Below are positions 61,322 through 64,000 of a DNA stretch of 64,000 bases, in pieces. Source of the stretch: Chlorokybus atmophyticus (lineage: Eukaryota; Plantae; Mesostigma and Chlorokybus algae). The notes below the pieces were generated by a model that was not told where the DNA came from, did not search any database, and saw only the letters and a program-made list of their open reading frames with translations. The translations under genes and the position numbers were made by a program. The stretch's first letter is position 1; each line of letters opens with the position of its first letter. The DNA is taken from contig RHPI01002503.1 in NCBI GenBank assembly GCA_009103225.1, positions 1,231,987-1,295,986 of the forward strand. The letters are read 5' to 3'.

Positions 61322-63499
61322 TCACGCGGGAGACTTGCTGCTCGTGACAGACAACAGCGGGGACTTTACTGTGGGCTCTCTGTCCGCCTCCGCATCCCCT
61401 TCATCCTTCTGCGTAGCCTTGGCTAACTCCCTGGACTTCATTGCCTGGCAAACACACGGATGTGAGTACAACCATCCTTTGAGTGATGCACTGTTTATTT
61501 TCAATGTAAACTTGTACTGCCATTCCGCTAAACCACCCAGGCATTGACCAAAAAGCTCACCTGCAGTTTCTGGTAGTTGTACCAGCAGACGGCAGCAAAA
61601 GCGAGGGAGTAGCCAATGAGGTTGAGTGGCGTGACGGGCGCGTAGAACAGCCACGCACTGAGCCCAATAAGCAGCCAGTCCTTCACCACGCCCGCCACGT
61701 TCATCGTCAACGCGCTCGTCTTACCAATCAGAAGGAACACCGCCAAATTCTACAGGAAAGAATGCAACACAAATTGATGGCCACCTTAGCTACTATGGCT
61801 GTTGACACAGTGCAATGCAATATGAGTCTGACTCACTAAGGGCGGGTGCATGCATGTTCGTAAGTGCCTCATACCAGTAGGAAGGCCACTCCGGCGTTGG
61901 AGAGGAAGATGGATGAGTCCCAGTGCAACGTGGTGTCGTTGCGCAGCGTTGGCAGCTCCAGGAATGTGAACGGGACCAGCAGGAACAGGAAGCAAACCTG
62001 GCATCCCCACGAGTTGGACACTTGCACACAGCATTACCATCACTGCTATATGAGGATACAACAAAACATGAGTTGCCAACTGCTGCTTCTCTCAAAGTGT
62101 CACGCTTACTGGAGAGATGTAGTAAAGAGAGGTGATGGGGTTCATTGTCACGCCTTGCGAGGTGAGCAGAATCTGCGACAACCAACACAACTCGTTGTTA
62201 TAGACAGTCTATTTAAGGGAACGAAACCAACAGCACAATGTCGTCAACTCAGAGTGCTCAGTGACAGCTGACACGCACTTTCTCCCCCACCAGTGTCTCA
62301 TTTTACCACAGTGTCTCATGCATGACACTACGAATTGCACACACTGTCAACCATGAAGAGGTCTACATCACACACCAACAAAACAATGTGCTGCATGTGT
62401 CTCGACTTGTTGTGCTCACCCACCTGCACCATGACAAGACGCACGGCCTCGGCCACGATAGCCGCCAGCTGGATGAACACACCCGTAGGCACAAAGTTGA
62501 TCTCACCATACGAAGCAACCGCCACACCAATGCTGATGACGATCATGTTGGTCATAATCTTCGCATGGAACGACTGCGACAACAACAGTGCCACAAATCA
62601 GCACCTCCACATGCAGTGCACACATGCATACACATGCGCACACTAACACATACGCACATGCGAGGAAGCACACACATAAAACGCCCCAGTTTCCACATAC
62701 TCACGCACACACACGTGCACACATGCAACACATGTGCGCACCTCCTTGCCGAAGAGGATGGAGATGGAGTACACGGCGACAGGCATGAGAGCCTTGAGCA
62801 TCTGGATGAATGAGACGGACAAGTACAAGTAGGCGGAGTTGCTGAACCACAGCGACGCCGCGTACAACGCTCCAATCGGCATCACCTGTGCATTCCATAA
62901 AATACACACGCTTATGCAAATGCATGCTTTACTTTACACGAACCACCATATACATGACAGTGAACAGACCAAGAAACGTATGCAATGCAATGCAATGCAA
63001 TGCATTGCTCTATCCCAATGCACATGCGTGTTGGCGTGCATGCGCGTGTGTGTGGGGGTGTATGCGGGAGTGCACATGTGTGTGTTGGGGGGACCATGTA
63101 TGCATAAGCGTGTACAATGTGTGTTTGCAGACCTGAGTGACGTATTGCTTGGAGGTCATGTCAAGTGGCTGAACCCAGCCCAGCACGCGGATGATGATGA
63201 ACGCCAGGACGGAGCAGAAGCCCATGTGAATCATCGTCAAAGCCTGCAACAGCGAGTCAGTCGAACAGCCATCTACCTCTACTACTCTTCTTCTCTCTAA
63301 GCACGCGATGCACACAATGCACACCCATATTCACATACACACATACCAGAGGGTAGGGAAACTTGTAGAAGAAGAGGACCCATTTGTTGTAAAGGATGAC
63401 GGTGGCTGACAGACAAATCCATATCGCCACGTAGGTGTACGCCTGCACAATGTGCTTCGCCACGGCGCTGCGGCTCTTCTCCTCAGGCCCCGCCGCCAT
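61322..63499 (-). CDS. Sugar-phosphate / nucleotide-sugar transporter (TPT family)
   Basis: Seven exons. [85 protein letters not shown] and [22 protein letters not shown]. Confidence 0.92.
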
Positions 63500-64000
63500 C
63501 TCTAATACCCTTCCCCTGGCCTGGTTAAGCCGCCCCCCTCTACCCCTCTGGCCTGGCCTGGGCCTGGGCCTGGCCCTGGCCTGCTTTGACCGCCCTCTCC
63601 TGTCACACAGTCAGTCAAACACAGACTCCACTCAACAAGCCGAGCCTGCACAATGCCGCCCCCTTGAGGATGTCCTCGTACACGCTACTCCTCCTCCGCC
63701 TCCTCGACTTCCTCCTTCTCCTCCGCCTCCGGCGCCGTAGCCGCCGCCGCCGTGAACTGACAGCACACTGCGCTGGCCTCAGCGTTGATGCTGGCCTAAG
63801 CTGGCAAAGCTGGCAAAACACAACACTATTGTTATTGCCAAGCAATGTGTGCGAAGACCTTTGCTCTAGCCAATGGATAGCGTAACTTGCCTCGACATGG
63901 GGTGCCTATCACGCGCACCAGGTGGGAGGGGGCTAGTCTTATACAAAGTTGTGAAAGCTGGTGAAAAAGGCGCAACGGTGCACGCCACACAGGCACATGA

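Noticed and set aside
63586-63885. Arg/Leu-rich ORFs upstream of the transporter
   Set aside because: Translations of CCT/CCG trinucleotide low-complexity 5' UTR or promoter sequence.

Overview
Eukaryotic nuclear DNA from the green lineage, probably a green alga or early-diverging streptophyte alga. This is inferred from short GT-AG introns and plastid-targeted PsbTn-like, transketolase, FTR, CPP1-like and CAB-domain ferrochelatase genes. The window has two zones. (1) About 1-19 kb is a nested mobile-element island. It holds a decayed, intron-containing Plavaka-type transposase gene (5551-8727, minus) lying tail-to-tail with a decayed Cys-rich/Tudor/phage-type C5 DNA-methyltransferase unit (3632-5398, plus), plus a Ty3/gypsy RNase H fragment and unknown ORF remnants. 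A very young, intact Copia element (9303-14207; 424-bp LTRs with 2 mismatches; CTTAC target-site duplication) has inserted in an unknown spliced gene, and an AT-rich repeat zone follows. (2) About 19-64 kb is compact housekeeping territory: PsbTn-like, NifU-like, a five-WW-domain protein, XRCC3, a GH16 glucanase, transketolase, importin-5, LSG1, FTR catalytic subunit, CPP1-like, ferrochelatase, a plant-type DYRK kinase and a TPT-family transporter. An assembly gap lies at 39789-40076. The strongest candidate for a new system is a Plavaka-type DNA transposon carrying a Tudor-linked, phage-like cytosine methyltransferase. That linkage rests on adjacency only; element ends were not established. 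Family assignments come from motif recognition by eye, and no database search was run. No tRNA, rRNA or CRISPR array was seen.
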